Positions 27,313-36,665 are shown, counted from the first letter of the stretch. The stretch is 64,000 nucleotides of DNA from Capsulimonadaceae bacterium (GCA_965215505.1 OZ244065.1:2880001-2944000); one strand, 5' to 3'. Translations and numbers: made by a program. Notes: generated by a model not told the origin, from the sequence alone.

Positions 27313-29181
27313 CTACTGCCCGGTGATGGTCAGCGGGACGCTCACGACTATCTTCCCGAGGCTCGCCTGGATCGTCACCGTCTTGGTCGTCGGGCTGGGG
27401 TAGGTAGTGAGCGGGAACGTCGCGCTGCTCGCCCCGGCCGGCACGAGTACGGCCCGGTGGAGATGGACCACGGAGGAGTCGCTGCTCGTCAGCCCGACGA
27501 CGAGGTCGGCGGGCGCAGGCTGGCTGAGAGTAACGGTGGCGGTCGTGACGGCCCCGGCGGGGACCGGGGAGGGGAAGGCCAGGCCGGTCAGGATGAACGC
27601 CGGGGTGACCGTCACGGTGACGGTGGCGGGGAGGCTGTCCTGGAGGCCGTCGTTTGAAATGAAGGCGAAGCTGTCCGTCCCACTGAAGCTCAGGGCGGGG
27701 GTGTAGATCAGGTTCGTGGCGGACCCGGAGAGTGTGCCGCCTGTAGGGAAGACGGTGATGCCGAAGGAGAGCGGGCGGGAGTAGGGGTCGGCACCGGTCA
27801 GCGTGAGGATAACGGGCTGGCCCTGGGAGGTCAAGAGGTTCCGCCCGTAGGCGACCGGGGCGGTGGTCACGAAGTCGTAGGCACCGATGGAAGGCGGGTC
27901 CGGCCGGGCGATGCCGTCGCGGTCGGTGGGGTTGGCCGAATCCGGGGTGCCCGCCAGGATGCAGGGCGAGTCGTCCCGGAGGTGCAGGTCGCCGGGATCG
28001 CCCGCCCCGCCGGTGTGGACGGGGCGCACGAACAGCGGGTCAATGTCGAGGATGTTCTGGCCGAAGCCGCCGGTCCCGTCGCTGCCGCTGCCCCGGATGT
28101 CGCAGGCGGCGGCCTGGACGCTCGCGCCGGGGCTGTCTGCGGTGTCGTTCGCGATCTCGGGGCCGGAGGCGGCGGCGTCGCCGTAGAAGATGTCGTCGTC
28201 GAGGTAGAATGTGCCCTGATTGTCGGCCCCTCCACCCAACCCGGTGTCGTTGGAGCCGCCGTTGGGCAGGGCCGCATTGGCGCTGACGGTACAGCCGGTC
28301 AGGAGCAGAATGCCGTCGCTGTAAACGCCGCCGCCCGCCCCGCCCGGCCCGCCGTTGTCGGCGCTGCCGCCGTAGGCATTGTTACCTGTGATCACGCAGG
28401 CGGACAGGGTCAGCTGGCCATCGTTATAGACGCCGCCGCCCGCCCCGCTGTTGCCGCTTTCGCTGCCGGTGGCGGCGTTGCCGCTGAGGGTGCAGGCCGT
28501 CATGATCCCCGAACTACTGCTGTAAAGGCCGCCGGCATAGAAGGCGGCATTGCCGCTGAAGGTGCAGCCGCTCACCCTCAGCAGGGTGGCGCTGTAAACC
28601 GCGCCGCCCGCGCCCTCGCCCGCGCTGTTGCCGCTGAAGGTGCAGCCGTCCGCCGTCAGGTATCCGCCGCAGTAGACCGCGCCGCCGTAGGTGGCACCGT
28701 TGCCGCTGAAGGCGCAACCGGTCAGAGCCAGATTCCCGGCGCTGTAGACCGCGCCGCCCGCTCCGCTCGTGACGCCGTTGGGGTCGTTGAGGGCGGTGCC
28801 GTTCTGGAGGGTCAGCCCGGAGAGCGTGACCTGGACGTCGGGCGCGGGGACGCTGAACAAGCGGGAGGCACCGCCGCCGTCTATCTGGACGACGCCCACG
28901 CCCGGCCCGAGGATAACCATGGAGGCCGACAGGTCAAGTTCCGACTGGAGCGCGATGACGCCCGCGACTCCGGGGGCGAAGACGATCAGCGAGTTGGGGT
29001 CGTCGTTTGCGAGGGCGACCTCGCTCCGCAGCGTGCCCACACTGCCGTCGTCGAGCGTGCTGGTGACCGTGTAGGTGCTGGCGGCCTCGGCGGGGCGCGG
29101 TGCCCGCAGCAGGGCGCAGGACAGCAGCAGGGACGCCAGGAGGCCGACATAGCGCAGGCTTTTCCGTGGGGATTTATTCAT
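27313..29181 (-). CDS. Secreted parallel beta-helix protein (choice-of-anchor Q-like) with Ig-like C-terminal domains
   Basis: Signal MNKSPRK...AEA; repeated FSGNxA...GGAVY motifs; DRDGIARPDPPSIGAYDF; YTPALSFSGTDSF Ig-like module. Confidence 0.8.
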   Translation of the reverse strand: MNKSPRKSLRYVGLLASLLLSCALLRAPRPAEAASTYTVTSTLDDGSVGTLRSEVALANDDPNSLIVFAPGVAGVIALQSELDLSASMVILGPGVGVVQIDGGGASRLFSVPAPDVQVTLSGLTLQNGTALNDPNGVTSGAGGAVYSAGNLALTGCAFSGNGATYGGAVYCGGYLTADGCTFSGNSAGEGAGGAVYSATLLRVSGCTFSGNAAFYAGGLYSSSSGIMTACTLSGNAATGSESGNSGAGGGVYNDGQLTLSACVITGNNAYGGSADNGGPGGAGGGVYSDGILLLTGCTVSANAALPNGGSNDTGLGGGADNQGTFYLDDDIFYGDAAASGPEIANDTADSPGASVQAAACDIRGSGSDGTGGFGQNILDIDPLFVRPVHTGGAGDPGDLHLRDDSPCILAGTPDSANPTDRDGIARPDPPSIGAYDFVTTAPVAYGRNLLTSQGQPVILTLTGADPYSRPLSFGITVFPTGGTLSGSATNLIYTPALSFSGTDSFAFISNDGLQDSLPATVTVTVTPAFILTGLAFPSPVPAGAVTTATVTLSQPAPADLVVGLTSSDSSVVHLHRAVLVPAGASSATFPLTTYPSPTTKTVTIQASLGKIVVSVPLTITGQ

Positions 29182-29265
29182 AGTTAGATCGTGTTTTTCC
29201 TGCGAGTGTGGCCGGGTGACGGAGTTCACCCGGATTTTTGGGCGCGTGGTGTCAGAGGCTAACCC

Positions 29266-29281
29266 TGCACAAGTCGTGCCA
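29266..29281 (-). promoter_or_regulatory. Sigma54 -24/-12 promoter
   Basis: TGGCACGACTTGTGCA, correct GG-N10-GC spacing, ~85 nt upstream of 29181. Confidence 0.7.
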
Positions 29282-29993
29282 AAACAGTAGTTTCACTGTG
29301 ATTCGGCGGAAATCCTTTGCCGGATGTGGCACTCTGTTCGGCGGGCGGAGTCAGAAAGTGGGCGCCTAGCATTACGCATGAAAATGCTGTCCGCCCTCAC
29401 GCGGGGGGCGGACGGCGTCTGTTCAAGGGAGTCCGGGCGGCCGCCTACCGGGCGGTGTCACAAGGCCAGGGAATGCCCTCCGCCCAGAAGATACGGCAGG
29501 CGCAGGCCGCCGCACAGACCGCCATCAGGACCGGGGCCTCCGGCGAGACGAAGCGTAGGGGATTGTTCTCGATTAGAGGCAGTACGGGCACGATTAAAGG
29601 CAGTATGAGCGGGTTGGGGCCTGCCACGGGGAGTGTGCAGTGCCCTCCGGGAAGATTTTCCCGTCGCTGAGCGTTTCTACTAAGTTTGACCTCCCCCGAT
29701 GTCCCGATGTGATCTGCTGTCACAGGCCGTTAGGGATAGTAGGCTGCGCCGGTGGAAATGACCGAGTATTACTGGAACGAGTTGAGGCTGGACTGGGTCT
29801 TGTCCCGGTGGGCGCTCAGGTCGGAGTCGATCACGGAGGCGAGGGCCGGGATGCTGCTGAGTTTGAGCTTGCCGTCGGTGTCGTCAGTAATTGGTCGGGG
29901 ACGGGGATGTCGGCGAATGCGGCTTGAGGTTGATGCGACGGAGGACACACGGCAGGAAAGGCCCGCCGTGGGCGCGGCACCTGGGCGAAGCCC

Positions 29994-30635
29994 TTATCGG
30001 GCTGCGCGGCGCAGGGCGTCGAGCGCCGGCTCCCAGGCAGCGGCGGTGCGGGTCAGACGCGCCTCACTGCCGTCGTCGGCAGAGCAGATCAGGCGCACGA
30101 ACAGGGAGTGGCCCGTCTCGCCGGTCAGCCGGTCGCGCATGGCCAGCAGCCGGCCCCACTGGTCACGCCCCGCCCCACTCCGCAGCGTCGGCTGGCCGGG
30201 CCACCAGTAGAGGACCTGCCGGCGCTCGCCGAGGCGCGTGGTGGCCGTCAGGAGGAAGGCGTCCTGCGCGGTCCCCGGCAGGCGCACGACCTGAAGCGGG
30301 CTGAGGGCGAAGCCCTGGGCGGGCAGGCAGACGTTGGGATCGTGGAAGTCGGAGTAGTCGCGCGCCGTCAGCAGCAGCGACTGGACGGAATGGCCCTGCC
30401 CGTCTTTCCAGTCGCGCTGGAGGAGGTGGGCGGTCGGCAGAATGGGCGTGTCGGCGTTCGTCTCCGCGACGCAGGTCCATCCACCGAGCGCCCGAGGGAA
30501 GGACGCGATGGGGGCGGGCCGCAGGACGGCGGTGCCGAGGCGCGGAACCGCCCGGCCGGCGAGGGCGGCGGCGGCGGCCAGAAAGACGCAGGCGGCGGGC
30601 AGCAGGTTCAGCGATAGAACTGAATGCTTCGGCAT
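29994..30635 (-). CDS. Exosortase-associated EpsI-family protein
   Basis: FPRALGGW, FHDPNVCLPAQG (HxPxxC motif), VLYWW; directly downstream of exosortase. Confidence 0.8.
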   Translation of the reverse strand: MPKHSVLSLNLLPAACVFLAAAAALAGRAVPRLGTAVLRPAPIASFPRALGGWTCVAETNADTPILPTAHLLQRDWKDGQGHSVQSLLLTARDYSDFHDPNVCLPAQGFALSPLQVVRLPGTAQDAFLLTATTRLGERRQVLYWWPGQPTLRSGAGRDQWGRLLAMRDRLTGETGHSLFVRLICSADDGSEARLTRTAAAWEPALDALRRAAR

Positions 30636-31516
30636 CCCAGCCCCTTTCCCACCCACGTCAGCAGCACGAAGGAGACGACGACGACGAACACTTCGGCCCC
30701 GTCATGGGCGGCATGCAGGGCGCGCGTCCCGCCCGCAGAGCCGATCAGTACCAGGGCGAGGATGCGGAGGACGTTGACGGCCAGGGCGACCGGCGGGACG
30801 GCCAGGACAAGGGCGAGGCGGCGCGGCCAGGGCAGGGCGTACACATAGCCGTAAAAGACGGCGAAGGCCAGCAGGGTTGTCAGCTTCTTGAAGCCGCTGC
30901 ACTCCTGGGCCACTTCAACGGTCAGGGCCGGGGTGACGATGTCGAAGCCATCCTGAACGGCAGGAATTCCCAGCAGGGTCAGGGCCTGCGTCGTGCCCGC
31001 CGTGCTGGCGCGCTGGATGGCGGCGGCGGCGGGCAGGGTCACGGCGGTCGGGACGGGGGCGAGGAAGGCCAGGAACAGGATCGGGAAGCGCAGCACGCGC
31101 CACAGGGCGGGGCCGTGCAGGGCGAGGACAGCCCCGGCGAGGACGGGCACGAGCGACAGCAGCGGGAACCAGCGCAGGCGCAGCAGGTAGGCGGCCGTTT
31201 CCAGCAGCAGGCCCGCGCCGAGCAGCCACACACCCGCGTGGGCGGGGGCAGGCCGGCAGGCGCGGGCCTTGCCCCGCAGCATCCAGACCAGGCCCAGGGC
31301 GATGGGCAGGATCAGGACGCCGTGTTCGCTGGACCCGTCGCCGCCCCACTGCCGGGCGGCCTCGGCCAGCGGCGGGGCGTAGATGACGGCCAGCAGCAGT
31401 GCCAGCAGGGACGCCGGCAGCAGGCCGGGCTTGGGCAGGGCGCACGCCGGCGGCGGGAGGATGTCAGGCCGGGCGCTCTCGGTCATGCCTCCCGCCTCGG
31501 TCATGCCTCCCGTCAC
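30608..31516 (-). CDS. Exosortase
   Basis: Multi-TM; VEVAQECSG (Cys), NVLRI (Arg), AAHD (His) catalytic triad. Confidence 0.9.
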   Translation of the reverse strand: MTGGMTEAGGMTESARPDILPPPACALPKPGLLPASLLALLLAVIYAPPLAEAARQWGGDGSSEHGVLILPIALGLVWMLRGKARACRPAPAHAGVWLLGAGLLLETAAYLLRLRWFPLLSLVPVLAGAVLALHGPALWRVLRFPILFLAFLAPVPTAVTLPAAAAIQRASTAGTTQALTLLGIPAVQDGFDIVTPALTVEVAQECSGFKKLTTLLAFAVFYGYVYALPWPRRLALVLAVPPVALAVNVLRILALVLIGSAGGTRALHAAHDGAEVFVVVVSFVLLTWVGKGLGCRSIQFYR

Positions 31517-32538
31517 TGGGTCGCCTGCGGCAGCAGCGGCCCGACACGCGGGTCAAAGACGCGGATGCTGGCCCCGCGCGCGAACCGGGCATAGTCGGCG
31601 TCCTCCTGGCGACCGGACCGCGCCTGACCCAAGGCAGCGGCCAGGGCGGCGCGGCAGTCATCCCGGACGTCGGCGTAAGGCCGGACGGCGGCGGGCGTCC
31701 TGCTGAGGCAGCGGATGACCCACCAGAGGCCGCCGATGCGGTCCGGCCCGGACGTCTGGCCCGGCGCAAGGGCGAACAGGGCCGGCTCCAGGCCGGGGAC
31801 GCGGCCCGCCCGCGTCCGCCCGCGCGCGACCGGCGGCAGAGTCCCGCCCGCGCGCCGGCTGAGGTCGTGGCTGTACTGGAGGGCGACGTCGGAGAAGGCG
31901 ACGCCGGTGTCCAGCAGCGCCCGCGCCTTGCGGCCCTCCTCCTCGGTCGGGGTGACGATGACCGACACGGAAACCGTCTCGGGCGCATAGAAGCGGGCCT
32001 GTGGGTTGGCGGGGTCGGCATTGCGCCGGTAGAAGTCCTTCATCTGGGACTCGGTGGGAACCGCCCCCTGGGCCGCAAGCGCCTCGCGCGCCAGGCTGAC
32101 GCGCAGAGCGCCCCGGACGGCGTCCGGCGTCAGGCCGAGGGACGCGGAGCGCGCGGCGAAGCCGGGGGCGGCGGCGAGCAAGGCGTACCGCGCCTGCACG
32201 GCCGCGTCACCCGGCAGCAGCCCCTTCCGGCGGGCGTACTGCGTTTGCAGCTCCTCGTCGATTATCTGGTGCAGGACTGCGCCCCGCGTCGCCGTGTCCA
32301 GCCGGGCCTCGTAGTCGGCGCGGCGGATGACCACGCCGTTGACCGAGACGAGGGCGTCCAAAGCGTGGGCGCGCTGACGCATGACTAGCGCGCCGCCCGC
32401 CGCCCCGGCCACCAGGGTCAGGGCCAGCAGGCCGGCCAGGGCCGGGCGCGTCAGGGACAGGCGCGGCACGGCCCGCTTGGGCGGCGTCATCGTCCACCGG
32501 GCGGACGACGTTCCACCCTGGGGGAGGGGGGATTTCAT
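31513..32538 (-). CDS. SurA/PpiC-type (parvulin) peptidylprolyl isomerase, EpsD-like
   Basis: N-terminal TM, LVSVNGVVI SurA-N, FSDVALQYSHD...GGTL, ALFALAPGQTSGP. Confidence 0.82.
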   Translation of the reverse strand: MKSPLPQGGTSSARWTMTPPKRAVPRLSLTRPALAGLLALTLVAGAAGGALVMRQRAHALDALVSVNGVVIRRADYEARLDTATRGAVLHQIIDEELQTQYARRKGLLPGDAAVQARYALLAAAPGFAARSASLGLTPDAVRGALRVSLAREALAAQGAVPTESQMKDFYRRNADPANPQARFYAPETVSVSVIVTPTEEEGRKARALLDTGVAFSDVALQYSHDLSRRAGGTLPPVARGRTRAGRVPGLEPALFALAPGQTSGPDRIGGLWWVIRCLSRTPAAVRPYADVRDDCRAALAAALGQARSGRQEDADYARFARGASIRVFDPRVGPLLPQATQ

Positions 32539-32553
32539 GTCTTGCGCCTTGCC

Positions 32554-33258
32554 TTACTCCGCGCCCGCCGCCCCGCGCGCCTGGCCCCGGCGGGCGCGCA
32601 GGGCGCCCACGCCGAACAGGCCCATCAGGAGGCCCAGGCTCGTCACCGTCCCGAGTTCCGGCGTCGCCGAGGGCGCGCTGGTCGTCGTGTAGGTCTTGCC
32701 CGACGTGTACCCGAAGTTTTGCGCGGAATAAGTACCGTCCGCCGCGCGCGTCAGCAAGAAAAGGGCACCCCGGTTCGGATCATCGTTGGTCGCCACCTGC
32801 GCGGACTGCGTGTTGTCAAAAAGATCGAAGAAAAACTGGTCCGGTGCCCCGCCCGATGCGGCCATGAGTTGCGTGGCGTCCACCTTGAAACTCAGCAGGC
32901 TGCCCTGGTTGAAGTCCTGGCTGAACTCGTTAAAGGTCGAGGCAGTCTTGGAACTCAGGGACACCCCCGAGGCGAGATCCCCAGTGACATCCCCGAAGTA
33001 TCCCGGCGGATTGCTAAGGTTCGCGCTGCCCCCGCCGAACATGAAGCTGCCCACGTTGACGGTGCTGTCGGGTGTGGTGGCACCCTGGTTGAGCTGCAAG
33101 TCTATAGCGTAGCTATCTGTGGGGTTCAGCCCCGTCGTGTCCAAGGAGACATCGTAGGTTTGGGCGTGGGCCGTGGCCGCAGCCAGAGCAGACAGGCCGC
33201 CCGCGATGGCCGACAGGCGGGCCATCCGGCAGAAATGAGATCGGGTCGTTGAGGACAT
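32554..33258 (-). CDS. Small secreted PEP-CTERM-type protein
   Basis: Signal ...TAHA; YDVSLDTTGL...IDLQLNQG; C-terminus TPELGTVTSLGLLMGLFGVGALRARR. Confidence 0.82.
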   Translation of the reverse strand: MSSTTRSHFCRMARLSAIAGGLSALAAATAHAQTYDVSLDTTGLNPTDSYAIDLQLNQGATTPDSTVNVGSFMFGGGSANLSNPPGYFGDVTGDLASGVSLSSKTASTFNEFSQDFNQGSLLSFKVDATQLMAASGGAPDQFFFDLFDNTQSAQVATNDDPNRGALFLLTRAADGTYSAQNFGYTSGKTYTTTSAPSATPELGTVTSLGLLMGLFGVGALRARRGQARGAAGAE

Positions 33259-33428
33259 TGGCTTTCCTTATGATTCGAGACGAGCGGCTTCCGGCGGCTT
33301 CGCCCTGAAGAGGCCACGGTTGACCTTCAAGCCCTCATCCAGCCGCAGGAGCGTCTCTGGGGGTCTGATTTGATCGGCGTGGCTGCGGCAGGACAGGCTT
33401 GAGTGAGGATTCGTCAATGATAACATGC

Positions 33429-33444
33429 TGCAAGAATCGTGCCA
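33429..33444 (-). promoter_or_regulatory. Sigma54 -24/-12 promoter
   Basis: Perfect consensus TGGCACGATTCTTGCA. Confidence 0.85.
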
Positions 33445-33558
33445 ACTCAGGCCCAGGACGGCTTTAACAATAAAAATGTTCCATGTTGTAGCAGCAACAA
33501 CGAAATAAGATGGGAAAAGCGGTGCCGAGTGGAGTGCGGGCGGGCACCCGGTGCATGA

Positions 33559-33586
33559 GCGGCCCGGCGCGTCTGCGCCGGGCCGC
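33559..33586. terminator. Hairpin downstream of gyrA
   Basis: GCGGCCCGGCGC-gtct-GCGCCGGGCCGC; weak U tract. Confidence 0.5.
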
Positions 33587-33612
33587 CGTTGTCTTTGGTC
33601 TGCGTCCCTCGG

Positions 33613-36186
33613 CTAAGGCACGACTTCCTCGGCGGGCAGCTTGCCGTCTATCATGCGCTCGACGCTTGCGACGCGGTCGTCTTCAGCCAGGTTGATGGCG
33701 CGGACGCCCTGGGTGTTGCGGCTGGATGAGCGGATGTCGTCCACGCGGAGCTGGATCGTGATGCCCTCGCGGGTCATGATCAGCAGCCGGTCCTCGGGGC
33801 TGACGATCTTGGCGTCCACGATGTCGCCGGTCTTGTCGGACAGCGACATGGTCAGGACGCCCTTGCCGCCGCGCGTCTGAGGGCGATAGTCCTTCAGCGG
33901 CGTCCGCTTGGAGATGCCGCGCTCGCCGATCACCAGCAGGTCCAGGGCGTTGTCCACGACGGCCATGCCGACGATCATGTCGTCCGTGGCTTCCGAGAGC
34001 GTGATGCCCCGGACGCCGCCCGCCGAGCGCGAGCGCGGGGTCAGGTCGGTCTCGGCGAACCGGATGGACATGCCCTTGCGGGTGACCAGGATGATCTCAT
34101 CCTCGCCGGAGGTGTGGGCGACCCAGCGCAGGGCGTCGTCCTCCTCGATGTCGAAGACGATCAGGCCGTTGTTGCGGAGGTTGACGAACTCGGCCAGCGG
34201 CGTCCGCTTGACCTCGCCGCACTCGGTCGCGAAGAGCAGGAAGCCCTCGACGTCCTTGTACTCCTTCATCGGCACAGTCGCCGTGATCCGCTCGCCGGGC
34301 TGGATGTTGATGAGGTTGATGACCGCCGTCCCCATCGCCGTCCGCGAGGTCTGCGGCACCTCATACGCCTTCAGGCGGTAGACGCGGCCCCGGTCGGTGA
34401 AGAACAGGATGTAGTGGTGCGTCGTCGCCACGAAGAGGTGTTCGATGCTGTCTTCTTCCTTGATGGACGCCCCGATGCGCCCCCGCCCGCCCCGGTGCTG
34501 GGTCGGGAATGTCTCCTTGGGGACCCGCTTGATGTAGCCGTCGCGGGTGATCGAGACGATCATCTCCTCTTCGGGGATCAGGTCCTCGTCGCCGATTTCC
34601 TCCGCTTCCATCGGAACGATGCGCGTCCTTCTCTCGTCGCCGTACTTGTCCCGAAGCTGCCGAAGCTCCTGCTTGATGATGGCCGTCACGCGGGCCGGAG
34701 TCGCCAGGATGTCCTCGTAGTAGGCGATCTGCTTGAGAAGCTCTTTGTACTCGTTCTCCAGCTTCTCGCGCTCCAGGCCCGTCAGGGCGCGGAGCTGCAT
34801 GACCAGGATGGCGTCGGCCTGGAGTTGGGACAGGGCGAAGGTCCCCATCATCTCGTTGCGGGCCAGTTCCGGCGTCCGCGACCGCCGGATGAGGGCGATG
34901 ATCTCGTCCAGGAAGTCCAGCGCGATCTGGAGGCCCTCCAGGATGTGGGCGCGTGCTTTGGCCTTGTTCAGCTCGAACAGCGTCCGGCGGACGATCACCT
35001 CGCGCCGGTGCGTCAGGAAGTGCCCCAGAGCGTCTTTCAGTGTCAGGATGCGCGGCTGACCGTCCACGAGGGCCAGCATGTTGACGCCGAAAGTGGTCCG
35101 CAGGGGCGTGTGCTTGAGCAGGAAGTTCAGCACCTTGCGCGGGTAGGCCTCGCGCTTGAGGGTGATGACGATCTTCATGCCGGTCCGGTCGGAATAGTCG
35201 TTGAGATCGGCGATGCCCTCGATCTTCTTCTGCTTGACGAGGTCGGCGATCTGCTCGATGAGCCGGGACTTGATGACCTGGTACGGCAGCTCAGTGACGA
35301 CGATCTGGTTGCGCCCGTTCTCGATCGGCTCGATGGAGGTCCGCGCCTGCATGACGACCGAGCCGCGCCCGGTGGCGTAAGCCTGCCGGATGCCTTTGGT
35401 GCCGAGAATCAAAGAGGCGGTGGGAAAGTCCGGCCCCTTGATAAACGTCATCAATTCTTCAATGTCCGCGTCGGCATTGTCCAGCAGGTGGATCGCACCG
35501 TCCACGATCTCGCGCAGGTTGTGCGGCGGAATATTGGTCGCCATGCCGACGGCGATGCCGGACCCGCCGTTGCACAGAAAGTTCGGGAACTTGCCCGGCA
35601 GCACGGTCGGCTCGCGCCGGGTCTGGTCGTAGTTCTCGGCCCAGTCCACGGTGTCCCGGTCCAGGTCTTGCAGCATCTCCATCGCGAACGGCGTCATGCG
35701 CGCCTCAGTATATCTTTGAGCCGCAGGCGGATCTGCATCGATTGATCCAAAATTCCCCTGCCCGTCCACGAGCGGGTACCGCATGTTGAAGTCCTGCGCC
35801 ATGCGAACCATCGTCGCGTACAGGGCCACGTCGCCGTGCGGGTGATAGTTGCCCATGCATTCCCCAATGATCTTGGCGGACTTGCGGTGCTGGCCGGCGG
35901 GGGTCAGGTTCAGGTCGCTCATCGCCATCAGGATGCGGCGGTGGACGGGCTTCAGCCCGTCGCGCACGTCCGGCAGGGCGCGGGCGATGATCGTGGACAT
36001 GGCGTAGTCGAGGTACGACTGCCGCATCTCGTCTTCGATGCTCACGTTGAGCAGCTCGCGGGCGATGGACTGGGGGGCGAGCGCCATCAGGGCAGTCGCC
36101 GTGCCGCCGTCGGAGGCGGGGTCGAGGGGCGACTCGGGGGCGGGGTCGGGAGTCGAGTCGGGAACGGGGATTTCTTCGTCAGCCAT
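33613..36186 (-). CDS. gyrA: DNA gyrase subunit A
   Basis: RALPDVRDGLKPVHRR, YHPHGD, AAQRYTEAR catalytic Tyr, GyrA-box QHRGGRG; no intein, no adjacent gyrB. Confidence 0.97.
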   Translation of the reverse strand: MADEEIPVPDSTPDPAPESPLDPASDGGTATALMALAPQSIARELLNVSIEDEMRQSYLDYAMSTIIARALPDVRDGLKPVHRRILMAMSDLNLTPAGQHRKSAKIIGECMGNYHPHGDVALYATMVRMAQDFNMRYPLVDGQGNFGSIDADPPAAQRYTEARMTPFAMEMLQDLDRDTVDWAENYDQTRREPTVLPGKFPNFLCNGGSGIAVGMATNIPPHNLREIVDGAIHLLDNADADIEELMTFIKGPDFPTASLILGTKGIRQAYATGRGSVVMQARTSIEPIENGRNQIVVTELPYQVIKSRLIEQIADLVKQKKIEGIADLNDYSDRTGMKIVITLKREAYPRKVLNFLLKHTPLRTTFGVNMLALVDGQPRILTLKDALGHFLTHRREVIVRRTLFELNKAKARAHILEGLQIALDFLDEIIALIRRSRTPELARNEMMGTFALSQLQADAILVMQLRALTGLEREKLENEYKELLKQIAYYEDILATPARVTAIIKQELRQLRDKYGDERRTRIVPMEAEEIGDEDLIPEEEMIVSITRDGYIKRVPKETFPTQHRGGRGRIGASIKEEDSIEHLFVATTHHYILFFTDRGRVYRLKAYEVPQTSRTAMGTAVINLINIQPGERITATVPMKEYKDVEGFLLFATECGEVKRTPLAEFVNLRNNGLIVFDIEEDDALRWVAHTSGEDEIILVTRKGMSIRFAETDLTPRSRSAGGVRGITLSEATDDMIVGMAVVDNALDLLVIGERGISKRTPLKDYRPQTRGGKGVLTMSLSDKTGDIVDAKIVSPEDRLLIMTREGITIQLRVDDIRSSSRNTQGVRAINLAEDDRVASVERMIDGKLPAEEVVP

Positions 36187-36250
36187 CGCTCATCCTTTAC
36201 ATAAAAACACTACAAAGAGTAGTACAGAGGGGTGCCGTTATCGTGGTAAC

Positions 36251-36279
36251 ATTATAGCGTATTTGGCAGCAAATGTCAA
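36251..36279 (-). promoter_or_regulatory. Consensus sigma70 promoter for gyrA
   Basis: TTGACA-17-TATAAT. Confidence 0.85.
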
Positions 36280-36293
36280 GAGGGCGGGCCAGG

Positions 36294-36322
36294 TTGCGTT
36301 TCTCATGCTTGTGTGCTATACT
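36294..36322 (+). promoter_or_regulatory. Divergent sigma70 promoter
   Basis: TTGCGT-17-TATACT with TG extension. Confidence 0.6.
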
Positions 36323-36362
36323 ACGAATGATACGCCACAGAGACGCCACAGGAGAAACCACG

Positions 36363-36665
36363 ATGACCCACTCATTCACCGCTTCGTTCACCGCACTGAC
36401 CGCTGCCGCACTGGCCGCAGTAGCCCTCACCGCCTCGGTACAGGCCGCCCCCGCTAAGGCCGGCAAGCCGGCCGCCGGCAAGATGGTGTCGCTGTACCAA
36501 GCCGACAAGTGCCAGATGTACTTCACCCCCGCCCAGGCCAAGAAACTCGGCTACGCCTGCCCCCACAGCAAGGGCAAGATGAAGCCGGTGCAGGTCACGG
36601 CCGCCGTCGCCAAGGCGGAGATCGCCAAGACGACCGCCGAACTGGCCCCCAAGAAGGCGATGTAG
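36363..36665 (+). CDS. Small secreted Lys/Ala-rich protein with two Cys
   Basis: AGGAGA RBS, signal ...SVQA, YQADKCQMYF...YACPHSKGKM. Confidence 0.75.
   Translation: MTHSFTASFTALTAAALAAVALTASVQAAPAKAGKPAAGKMVSLYQADKCQMYFTPAQAKKLGYACPHSKGKMKPVQVTAAVAKAEIAKTTAELAPKKAM

Noticed and set aside
29445-29935. Small ORF 29445-29723 and a coding-like minus-strand fragment (DDTDGKLKLSSIPALASVIDSDL)
   Set aside because: No start/RBS or recognisable family; may be gene debris but cannot be supported
33484-33499. TGT-N10-ACA enhancer-like site upstream of the sigma54 promoter
   Set aside because: Short motif, closer than typical enhancers, and not seen at the other two sigma54 promoters
33613-36186. Intein in GyrA
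   Set aside because: RYTEAR is contiguous and the protein length is normal; only the codon anomaly remains
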